Origin: Oleiphilus messinensis | Lineage (GTDB): Bacteria; Pseudomonadota; Gammaproteobacteria; Pseudomonadales; Oleiphilaceae | Assembly (NCBI RefSeq): GCF_002162375.1 | Contig: NZ_CP021425.1 | Location: 3,014,766-3,046,765, forward strand | Length of the DNA stretch: 32,000 bases | Direction: 5' to 3' | Shown here: piece by piece, positions 1 through 9,000 of the stretch | Layout: each line of letters opens with the position of its first letter | Position numbering within the stretch: the stretch's first letter is position 1 | Made by a program: the position numbers and the translations under genes | Notes under the pieces: model-generated | Told to the model about the DNA's origin: nothing | Database searches by the model: none | Seen by the model: only the letters and a program-made list of their open reading frames with translations

Positions 1-3000
1 CTAGATTACGCCCTCATCCATTTCATGCGCTTCTTGCGCATCGCTACCGCCCAGGACGTTGACTAACTCTGCAATGGTCGGGTTCTGGAACAGCGTACTG
101 ACTGATAATTCCGTGCTTAAATTCTGTTTTATCCGGGACACCAATTTAATTGCAATGAGGCTATCGCCTCCGAGGGCATGGAAATTGTCGTCTCTCGATA
201 CCGTCTTAATGCCGAGTACGTCCTGCCAGATTATGGCTATTTGGTGCTCCCGGTCACTTTGATAGTGCACAGTCGAGATTTGTTCAGCATTGTCATCAGG
301 CGTATCGGGCTCAACAGTGCTTTTCAATCCAGCAGCCCGGAGTTGCTGCGCATTAGCGATCATTTGCTCAACGGGATGCTCGGACATCACGAAATGATGC
401 AGGGGAGACCCATCTGCGGAGGCGTTAACCATTCTGAAAAAGGCATCTACACCTTCCTCTGTCGTCATGCCGCCTGCGGGTAGTGCGCCTGTTTTCTGCA
501 GATGGAGGCGTTCAAACGCATTCGCCATACCGACAGAAGTCCAACGCTCCCAGTTAATTGTGAAAGCGGGATACCCCTGCTGCTGCAGGTATTCGGCAAA
601 ACTATCTACGCAGCTGTTTGCGGCACAGTACTCTGAATCACCACTACCCGGTGAAATCGCACTAATTGAGGATGAGAGCGCGATAAATTTAAGTGACTGG
701 TTTTGGCTATCTACACGGGACGCTCCGCGAGAAACGGCATTAATCAGGTTAACGGTACCGTAGACCTTGGCGATAAATTCTCCGGATTGCGCTTCAGGTG
801 TCTTGAGCTCAATCGGCCCCCTGTTCTCTGTTGCGGCACAATGGATAATGCCGGTAACCGGGGGCAAGGCTTGCAATACCGGAGCCAAAGCCGTTTCTAC
901 TTGCTCGGGATTGCCAATATCCACTGCAATACAGGACACATTTGCTTTTAGTGCTCTGAGCAAATTAATCCGGTCAGGTATATTGTCCACGGAGCTTAAC
1001 GGCATCGCAGTATTTGATACTTGCTTATCTGCGGGCACGGCATCAGCCGGTTGACATGCCAGGATCAAACCACAGTTACCCGGATTGTTCGGATCCAGGC
1101 TATCGCGACCAAAAGTGGAAACATTTTCATATCCAGATGCTTGCAGGAGCGTCTGCCAGCTTTGCAGAGAGATGAGAGGGCTGTCCGTACGAAGATTGTC
1201 TTTGAAATACCACCACCCCTCCGCCAATCCATAGACCATGTTGGTCCAGGTTTCAGTCCGGGTGGATTCAAGCAGGCACAGCCAGCCGTTCGACTTTAAC
1301 AAGCGTTTGAGTTGTTTGCAGGTTACTGGAAGATCCCGGGTTGCGTGAATGGCATCTAGTTCAAGTACCAAATCAAAGCTGTATTCGTCGAAACCCTGTT
1401 CCTCGGGTGCAATACCGGCATCGTATGTTGCAAAGGACATGTTTTTGCAATGGGCAAACTTGTCTTGCGCCTCCAGTACAAATGACCTTCCCAGGTCGGT
1501 GAAGTGGTACTCGATTTGCTCATCCTGAATAGCCGGGAGAATCCAGTTGGTGAGTATCCCGGTTCCTGCGCCGACTTCCAGAATCCTCAAGGGGCCAGAG
1601 CTATGTTGCTTATGATGTTCCAGCCGATCTTTGATCAGGTGTTGCAGAAGTTGTCCGTAGACACGGTGATGGGTATGTTCTGCAGTTTGTTTGACCGTTT
1701 CAGCCAGCAGTGAAGGTTGGCCTTTGGGATACAGTACACTAATCGCCTCAACTTCTCCGGTCAGTGCGGCTTTATATCGGGTCGTACAATGGTTCATGAA
1801 TTCAACCATTGGATAAAACCCTGGAAAGTCACTGGCGAATTTCTGAAGCTGGGTTGCAATCGCTTGTTCAGAAAGTAAGGGTTTACACCAACTATAGCGA
1901 TCTGAGTCTCGTTCGAGGTGCCCACTTTCTTCAAGGATCTCATGCATCCATTCGAAGAATTTTTCGAATCGGGGTAAAACGGCGAGTTCCCGAGTCGAGA
2001 AACCGTCAGAATCCGGACTGCTTTGAGCAACGGAGTGCACGAAGTTCGCCAATAACGAAGTACAGAGTGCACCCAATGCTTGTCTCAGGTTTTCATAGTC
2101 ATCTACAGATTTAATCGCGTATTCGTTGAGTAACTGTTGCTCAAAGTCCCCAGTGTTTTGCGGCGGGCACCACGCTGGCCTTGTTTGTTTTTCTGTAGTT
2201 TGTGTCTCAGTAGAACTAATAGAACCGACAGTCGCTTCAGTTGGAGGAGTAGTGCGACCGAGGAGAATAATATTAGCCTGCTCCCGACGTGCCAGTCCTT
2301 CAGCGATTTGCAGTCCAATGCCGCCAAATCCCCCGGCAATGACATATGTGTTTCGATAGTCTTGTGCTTTGCTTGTGATTACCTGATCAGGCAAGTGTAG
2401 TTTGTCAAATGCTCTCACCCAGCGCTGGGTTTTATTCATTAGCAAGGGCTGTCTTAGTGCGACCCAGTAGAAATTCCGGGCACCATTGCTTTCACTCTCG
2501 GATCCGAATGCTGATGTACATTCACTGATGATCGTATTACACAATTGTTTTATCGATTCCGACTGACCGGTTTGATTGGTATCTGGATTGCCAAAGCGGG
2601 GGACTTCGATATCGATACATTGGCATTTGATCTGGTCATACTCCAGTTGCGCAACTTTGATCGGGCCGAGCAGTGCCGCTTGAGCCGGTAAGATCGCATC
2701 CAGTCCGCAAGGCGAACAGGTACCTGTGGTCAGCGCGTGGATCTCAATGTGGCGACTGGGAAAAATGTGGTTCCAGGCCTGGAGTAAATGGGTGAAACCA
2801 ACATAACCTGATTCGAGTTGCTGGGTTAACGTTGTCGAGTCAGGTATTTGCCGCTTGCCATATTGCTCGCTTGATTGTGAATCTATGCCTTCAAGCGGTA
2901 GTGCATAGATGATTTTATCTGGAATCGTATTCTCGAATTTACCATGCTCCAAGTAGCCCTGTAATTGTACTTTCAAATTCTTGATTTGAGGTACTTCTAC

Positions 3001-6000
3001 ACAGTCAACTAAAGCTCCGGCTTGTTTTAATGATGTTTCGATATCGTCCCGTAATGATCCCGGACTCATCAGCAATAACCAACGATTATCAAGTCGTTGC
3101 GCCCGTGGAACTGGGGCAAGCTGTTTCCAGATTGGTGTGTAGAACCAATCTTTTACCGGTGACCGCACATCGCCTGTGGGGATCGAATTTTCCTGTCTTC
3201 CGAAGCCTGGTCGGTGATTCTGATGCTGACCAGCTTGCGCACGATCGATCCAGAAACGTTGCCGCTGGAATGGATACCCTGGTAAATGAACTCTACGAAT
3301 TACCTGTGTATCCAAGCGGTCGGCATAAAATGCGCTCCAGTCTATTGTCGTCTCCAGACGCCAGAGAGCGCCAACAACTTCTAATAGATTGGCGGTTTGG
3401 CCTTCGGTTGAAAATGCTTTACCTCGCCAGTCCTGGGTGCAGGCAAGTGCTGTGAGAGCTTTTCCCGGGCCTGACTCGATAACGATTTCTGCATGGCCCT
3501 GTAGTTGCTCGAGCCCGTTGGCAAATTGTACCGTAGACATCATTTGTGCGACCCAGTACTCGGGTGAACACGCCTGTTCGGGAGACAAACATGCTCCCGT
3601 CAAGTTACTCATTACCGGTAGCTTGGGTGCACTTAATGGAATTGCTGACATCAAATCTTGCAGAGGCGCTTTCACAGATGCCATGAGTTGCGAATGGAAT
3701 GCGCCGCTGGTTCGAAGTTGTTTGACGGGAATATTGTGTTCTTCCAGTATTTGAGCAAATTCTGCAATTTGAGCTGAGTGACCGGAAATGGTTGTGCTCA
3801 GCGGACCATTAATTCCCGCGACCGTAAGTGACTCAAACAGGTGCTCTTTTAATAAAGAAAGACAGTGGCTGGCATCGGAACCCACCGCGAGCATTGCACC
3901 GCTCTCCGTTGCCTGCATCCAGGCACCTCGCGAGGTCACAATTTTCAGACCGTCCTCCAGAGAAAAGACTCCGGATTGGCATGCTGCGACATATTCGCCC
4001 AAGCTATGACCGAGAAATGCAGAAGGGCGAATGCCCAGGCTTTTTAATAATTCTGCTGTGGAATAACAAACTGAAAACAAAACAGGTTGTGCAATTGCAG
4101 TTTGCCGCAGGGTATCCTCAAGCTTCTGGTTATCCATGGTTTCAGAGAGCATGGATAGTTGCAGCAGGTTTCGAATGTCACCAGCAAAGGATTGACTGAT
4201 TTCGGGATCAAAATAGTTTTTCAGGATTTCTGCACAGGTATCGAGCGCTGTGCGAAAAACTGCAAAGCACTCATAATATTGCGATGCCATTGCAATTGTT
4301 TGAGAGCCTTGTCCGGGGAATAGAAACGCGACTCTAACCGGGGCCTTCGGAATGGTATAAATCGTATCTTGACGCTGGGCTGCTGTTCTGAGGCCCTCAA
4401 TCAAGGCTGCACGTGTTGATGCCACGAAGTGGAAGCGATATTTGAATACACGCCGTCCCTGCGCGAGCGTGAAAGCAATGTCCTTTAATGAAGGTGCGTC
4501 TGCTTCATTCATTCCCGCCAAGTAATCTGCAAGTTCGAGCTGCATATCACGCAAGCTCTCTGTTGATTTTGCAGAAAGCACAAAAAGCTGCGCGTCACTA
4601 TTGAGCGCGTGTTGTGATGGCGATGAGCTGTCGCTTGAGCTCGTCTGGCTGGGGGAAAGTGTCAGATTGATTCGGCTGATATCAGGCGCTTCTTCCAGTA
4701 TGACATGGGCATTCGTGCCGCCCACCCCGAACGAGCTTACTCCCGCCCGAAGTGGATAAATCGATTCCCACGGCAATGTTTCGGTATTTACGAAGAAGGG
4801 GGATTGTTCGAGATTCAGTTTGGGGTTAGGCGTTTTAAAGTGTTTGGTAGCCGGGATGGTCTTGTGTTTTATTGCAAGCGCCGCCTTAATCAGACCTGCC
4901 ATACCCGCTGCTGTATCCAGATGTCCAAAATTGGTCTTTACCGAACCCAGAGCGCAGAACTGATTTTGTTCGGTATCCAGCCTGAATGCCCTGGTAAGCG
5001 CTGCGACTTCAATCGGGTCACCCAATGGTGTTGCGGTACCATGGGCCTCAATAAAACCGATGGTATGTGCCGGAATATCGGCAAGAGCCTGTGCTTCAGC
5101 TATGACTTCTGCTTCTCCGGTTTCACTCGGCGCAGTATAGCCTATCTTGTCTGAACCATCATTATTGAGCGCTGAAGCTCGAATAACGGCGTAAATATCA
5201 TCGCCATCAGCGAGGGCATCTTCCAGTCGTCTTAGTAATACGACACCGACACCACTGCCACCAATGGTTCCTTTTGCATCTGCATCAAAAGCACGACAAA
5301 CGCCGTCAGGTGAGGGGATGCCACCGTCTTGATAAAGGTAGCCTTCTTCCTGGGGAATCCGGATTGTAGCCGCACCGGCCAATGCCATGTCAGACTGGCA
5401 ATCCAGAAGGCTTTGGCAGGCTAGGTGAACTGCAACCAGAGATGTTGAGCAGGCCGTATTGATATTTATGCTGGGGCCTTTGAGATTGAGCTTGTAGCTC
5501 ACTTTACTCGGGGCGAAATCCTTATCGTTGCCAATCAATAACTGGTAGTCCATGTCCGGACCGGTCAACTCCGGATGGGTCATGATATTTTTTAAAATAT
5601 AGGTTGGCATGCCGATTCCGGCAAACACCCCGATCCGATTTTCATCGCCCTGACCATGGTGCCCGGAATCCTCCAGTGCATGCCAGCAACACTCCAGAAA
5701 TAATCGATGTTGAGGGTCCATCATTTCTGCTTCTCTGGGACTGTAGCCAAAAAATGCAGCATCGAAACGGTCATACCCATCGAGCCGTCCGCGCCGTGGC
5801 ACGTAAGCAGGGTTGTTGAGCTGTTCTGGAGCCACGCCAGCTTTGGCGAGCTCTTCGGAGCTGAACGTCGTAATCGAGTCGGTCTGGTTGATCAGGTTTG
5901 ACCAGAATTCCCGAATGTTCTTTGCTCCAGGGAAACGGCAATCCATACCAATTATGGCGATGGCATCCGATGGAACTTGCGGGAGCGTATTATCCTTCAT
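1..6000 (-). CDS. Type I modular polyketide synthase, KS-AT-psiKR-KR(N part)-[methyltransferase]-KR(C part)-ACP, 1999 aa
   Basis: Complete ORF with ATG at 6000-5998 and TAG at 3-1. KS is aa 12-437 (NTACSTSLVAVH with Cys184; EAHGTATPLGDP; KTNFGHLD). AT is aa 556-850 (GHSLGEY with Ser666; SGAFHS at 765-770). The KR glycine-rich motif VIAGGFGGIGLQIAEGL...IILLGR is at aa 1220-1249. The SAM-MT is about aa 1285-1650 (LEVGAGTG 1474-1481; IHATRDL with His1552; LLES with Glu1578; GLAEGWWYF). The KR catalytic part is aa 1675-1825 (GIIHCAA, Lys1745, Tyr1791-xxx-Asn1795). The ACP has LGGDSL with Ser1947. The start overlaps the upstream gene's stop by 4 nt (ATGA). Confidence 0.93.
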   Translation of the reverse strand: MKDNTLPQVPSDAIAIIGMDCRFPGAKNIREFWSNLINQTDSITTFSSEELAKAGVAPEQLNNPAYVPRRGRLDGYDRFDAAFFGYSPREAEMMDPQHRLFLECCWHALEDSGHHGQGDENRIGVFAGIGMPTYILKNIMTHPELTGPDMDYQLLIGNDKDFAPSKVSYKLNLKGPSININTACSTSLVAVHLACQSLLDCQSDMALAGAATIRIPQEEGYLYQDGGIPSPDGVCRAFDADAKGTIGGSGVGVVLLRRLEDALADGDDIYAVIRASALNNDGSDKIGYTAPSETGEAEVIAEAQALADIPAHTIGFIEAHGTATPLGDPIEVAALTRAFRLDTEQNQFCALGSVKTNFGHLDTAAGMAGLIKAALAIKHKTIPATKHFKTPNPKLNLEQSPFFVNTETLPWESIYPLRAGVSSFGVGGTNAHVILEEAPDISRINLTLSPSQTSSSDSSSPSQHALNSDAQLFVLSAKSTESLRDMQLELADYLAGMNEADAPSLKDIAFTLAQGRRVFKYRFHFVASTRAALIEGLRTAAQRQDTIYTIPKAPVRVAFLFPGQGSQTIAMASQYYECFAVFRTALDTCAEILKNYFDPEISQSFAGDIRNLLQLSMLSETMDNQKLEDTLRQTAIAQPVLFSVCYSTAELLKSLGIRPSAFLGHSLGEYVAACQSGVFSLEDGLKIVTSRGAWMQATESGAMLAVGSDASHCLSLLKEHLFESLTVAGINGPLSTTISGHSAQIAEFAQILEEHNIPVKQLRTSGAFHSQLMASVKAPLQDLMSAIPLSAPKLPVMSNLTGACLSPEQACSPEYWVAQMMSTVQFANGLEQLQGHAEIVIESGPGKALTALACTQDWRGKAFSTEGQTANLLEVVGALWRLETTIDWSAFYADRLDTQVIRRVHLPGYPFQRQRFWIDRAQAGQHQNHRPGFGRQENSIPTGDVRSPVKDWFYTPIWKQLAPVPRAQRLDNRWLLLMSPGSLRDDIETSLKQAGALVDCVEVPQIKNLKVQLQGYLEHGKFENTIPDKIIYALPLEGIDSQSSEQYGKRQIPDSTTLTQQLESGYVGFTHLLQAWNHIFPSRHIEIHALTTGTCSPCGLDAILPAQAALLGPIKVAQLEYDQIKCQCIDIEVPRFGNPDTNQTGQSESIKQLCNTIISECTSAFGSESESNGARNFYWVALRQPLLMNKTQRWVRAFDKLHLPDQVITSKAQDYRNTYVIAGGFGGIGLQIAEGLARREQANIILLGRTTPPTEATVGSISSTETQTTEKQTRPAWCPPQNTGDFEQQLLNEYAIKSVDDYENLRQALGALCTSLLANFVHSVAQSSPDSDGFSTRELAVLPRFEKFFEWMHEILEESGHLERDSDRYSWCKPLLSEQAIATQLQKFASDFPGFYPMVEFMNHCTTRYKAALTGEVEAISVLYPKGQPSLLAETVKQTAEHTHHRVYGQLLQHLIKDRLEHHKQHSSGPLRILEVGAGTGILTNWILPAIQDEQIEYHFTDLGRSFVLEAQDKFAHCKNMSFATYDAGIAPEEQGFDEYSFDLVLELDAIHATRDLPVTCKQLKRLLKSNGWLCLLESTRTETWTNMVYGLAEGWWYFKDNLRTDSPLISLQSWQTLLQASGYENVSTFGRDSLDPNNPGNCGLILACQPADAVPADKQVSNTAMPLSSVDNIPDRINLLRALKANVSCIAVDIGNPEQVETALAPVLQALPPVTGIIHCAATENRGPIELKTPEAQSGEFIAKVYGTVNLINAVSRGASRVDSQNQSLKFIALSSSISAISPGSGDSEYCAANSCVDSFAEYLQQQGYPAFTINWERWTSVGMANAFERLHLQKTGALPAGGMTTEEGVDAFFRMVNASADGSPLHHFVMSEHPVEQMIANAQQLRAAGLKSTVEPDTPDDNAEQISTVHYQSDREHQIAIIWQDVLGIKTVSRDDNFHALGGDSLIAIKLVSRIKQNLSTELSVSTLFQNPTIAELVNVLGGSDAQEAHEMDEGVI
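526..978 (-). other. KR C-terminal catalytic fragment downstream of the MT insertion
   Basis: The fragment reads LRALKANVSCIAVDIGNPEQV...GIIHCAA...AKVYG...SSSISAISPGSGDSEYCAANS. It corresponds to SDR beta3 onward and carries the Lys/Ser/Tyr/Asn catalytic residues, but it has no glycine-rich motif of its own. Confidence 0.7.
1051..2148 (-). other. SAM-dependent methyltransferase domain (C-MT-like) embedded in the KR
   Basis: LRILEVGAGTG was verified at nt 1558-1581. DAIHATRDL and LCLLES give a His1552/Glu1578 pair 26 residues apart, and GLAEGWWYFKD...PLIS follows. This is the motif set of PKS-embedded methyltransferases. Confidence 0.8.
2251..2352 (-). other. KR N-terminal fragment (NADPH-binding beta1-alpha-beta2) upstream of the MT insertion
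   Basis: YVIAGGFGGIGLQIAEGLARREQANIILLGR; the VIAGGFGGIG portion was verified at about nt 2314-2343. Confidence 0.7.
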
Positions 6001-9000
6001 ACCTGATTCATTCCTCTTGGTCTGCGTTGTCTTGAACGCGCTTGTTTTTGTTGTTTTACCCGATCTGCGAGCCCGGAAAGCGGAGTCAAGCTCAGCTGAT
6101 CAAGAAAGCTGGCTTGTTGCGAAATGGTTGTGTAGCGGAACAGGTCCATCAGTTTGATTTCGTAGCCTGCCTGAGTGATGTCTCGGTGGATATCCACAAG
6201 GAGGAGTGAATGACCGCCTGCATCGAAGAAATTTTCATCATGTTGGATGTCATCTCGTTGTAAAGCCGCAAACCAGGCTTGCTCCAGGATAGTAACTGTT
6301 GCGTTGAGGGGGGCAGCATGTTTCTGGTTCGATGCACTGTTCTTCGGGGCGATTCCCGCCAGTAAAACGGCTTCCGGATGATTTGCCAGCGCTTTCCGAT
6401 CGACTTTTCCGTTACTGTTAAGAGGTAATGCCGGTAAAGTGAAATATTGGGCGGGAATCATATATTCCGGCAGGTTTTTTCTGAGCGCGTTTTTCAAGTA
6501 GTCAACAGATAGCGACGCACTTTCCGGGGACGGCGCTGTTGTGGTCAGGTAAGCTACGAGGTGCTTGGTTGCTGTATCTGACTTTGAAACCACGGCTTGA
6601 GTGACATGTTCAATGCGATTGAGCCGATCTTCAATTTCGCTGAGTTCCACACGGAAACCCCTTATTTTCACCTGGAAGTCTGCGCGTCCAAGAAAATGAA
6701 TATTCCCCTGTTCATCGCGTTTAACCAGATCGCCGGTTCGATAATAGGCATCTCCGGAGGAAATAAAATGTTTTGCGTTCAAGTCCGGACGTTTCAGGTA
6801 GCCTTTTGATATCCCGGTACCACTGATATAGAGTTCACCAACGATACCAAATGGCACTTCGGTCATGTGATCATTGAAAACATGTAGTTGATAGTTACTG
6901 AGCGCATAACCTACGGGAATATGTGGTTTCTCACAATCTACGGGTTGAACACAATGCAGCGAGCTCCAAACGGTTGCTTCAGTCGGGCCGTAGAAGTTAT
7001 ATACGGGTAAATTAAAGCGTTGTAGTTGACTCGCCAGCTTTCCGGTCAGTGCCTCTCCGCCACAGCATATGGCCCTGAGCTGGAAAGGGAATTGATTTTC
7101 ATGGGTCAGGTGTTCAATCAGTTTTTGCCAGACACTGGGCGTAAGGTTAAGGAGAGTGACCCCTTCCTGTTTTACCAGTTCATGGAGGCGAGCAGGATTG
7201 TAGCGCGCTTCATCGTCAACAATGACGAGTGTACCTCCGGTTAACAAACATCCCCAGATTTCCCAGACAGAATAATCGAAACTATAGGAATGGTAGACTG
7301 TCCAGATATCGTCGTGTGTCAGTCGTAATGTTTTCTGCAGCCCGGATATCAAATTCATGACTTGGTGATGCTGGATCGGAACGCCCTTGGGTTTACCTGT
7401 CGAACCTGATGTGAAAATACAATAGGCTGTATTGGGTTCAATGGTGCATCGGGGGTTGTCCTGCTCATCTGGCAACTGTTTAATCGAACTGAAATCATTG
7501 TTGCCGACAATAACGACAGATCTAACGGGTAGAGATGCGGACTGAGCAGAACAATGACTGTCGGTAATAATTGTCTGTGCATCAGAATCTTCAATGATCA
7601 TCGCGATTCGTTCTGCAGGGTAAGCGTAGTCCAAGGGGACATAAGCGCACCGACATTTCAGAATAGCGACCAGCGTGACAATTTGATCGATTCCCTTCGG
7701 GAGTAATACTGCGATTGTACCCTGTTCCCTGACGCCGATTGATTGCAGGTAGCCACTTAGCTGGTCAGACCGGGTTTCCAGTTCACCGTAGGTCAGGCTT
7801 TGTCCCTGGAAACGTAAGGCAATATGGTCAGGATGCTGCTTAATCTGCTCACTCAGTCGTTGCTCTAGCCGTTTTGGGGAGGCGTGGGGAGTGGGAGCCG
7901 GGTTTATCTGTTTAAGTATATCGCGTTCTTGTTGAGTGAGTGCCGGGAGTGAGAGCGGGTGGCTTTGACTATATCGATCGTCACCGATTGCACGCAGGAG
8001 TTGTTGGTAGTGCTCGATAAGGTTACGTATGGTTTCGGGTTTATATAATGCTCGATTATATACAAATTGACCGTCAATTGAGTCCTTTGATTGCCACAAC
8101 TGAACTTCCAGGTCTCCGGTTACACTTTGCCGATCCAGATCAACGGGGGTAACGTTCAAACCTTTGAGTTTAAGCTCCGGGTGGGGCGAATGATCAGGTG
8201 CATTGTTGAGCGAAAAAACGGTTTGGATGAGCGGATTGAATGATAAATCCCGTTTTGGTTTAAAGTGCTCAACCAGTTTTTCAAAGGGGAGTTCCTGATG
8301 TTCAAATGCGCCGGTACAGAAAGTCCGGATGCGCTCGAGATAGCTGGAAACCGTATCCTGAGGTTGTATCTGGATGCGAATGGGCAGGGTGTTCACGAAA
8401 TACCCGAGCATGCCCTCCAATTCAGTGTGATTTCGGTTGGCTATTGGTGAGCCTATAAGTAGATCTTTTTGGCCCGTATAACGATTGAGTAATAAGCCGA
8501 AACCCGCCATCAGGAGCATATACAGGGTCATATGATGTTGTGCTGCCCTGTGCTTCAATCTTTGCAAGTCGGTACTCGAAATGATGATCCGTTCTACTGC
8601 GGCCTGGTAGGTTTGAACCGGGGGGCGCTGAAAATCGGGCGGGATTTCGACGCGAGTGGGGGCACCTGCCAATGCGGCGCGCCACCATTCAAATTGTTTT
8701 GGTAAGATATGATCGCGATATTGACCATGCTGCCACCGTGTATAGTCATCGTAGGTGATCGCGAGTGGTGTTAATTTCTCGTGTTCATGTGCGTCACCGG
8801 ATTCATATTGACTATAGAGGTCTGAGAGCTCCCGTACCATCAACCCGATTGACCATCCGTCAGTGATGATATGATGCAGGGTCAGTAACAGAGTGTGTTG
8901 TTGTCCCACGGAGTCGGTTTTATATAATCGAGCACGGAAAACTGGCCCGGTTTTCAAGTTAAACGGGGTATTGGCTTCGGTTCTGGCCAGATCTTTTATC

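Noticed and set aside
1-260. A thioesterase, reductase or other release domain at the end of the last PKS, or epimerisation domains after either PCP
   Set aside because: The protein ends about 15 aa after the ACP helix. No GxSxG thioesterase or Rossmann-type reductase sequence is present. Both PCPs are followed only by short Arg-rich tails. Release chemistry must be encoded outside the window.
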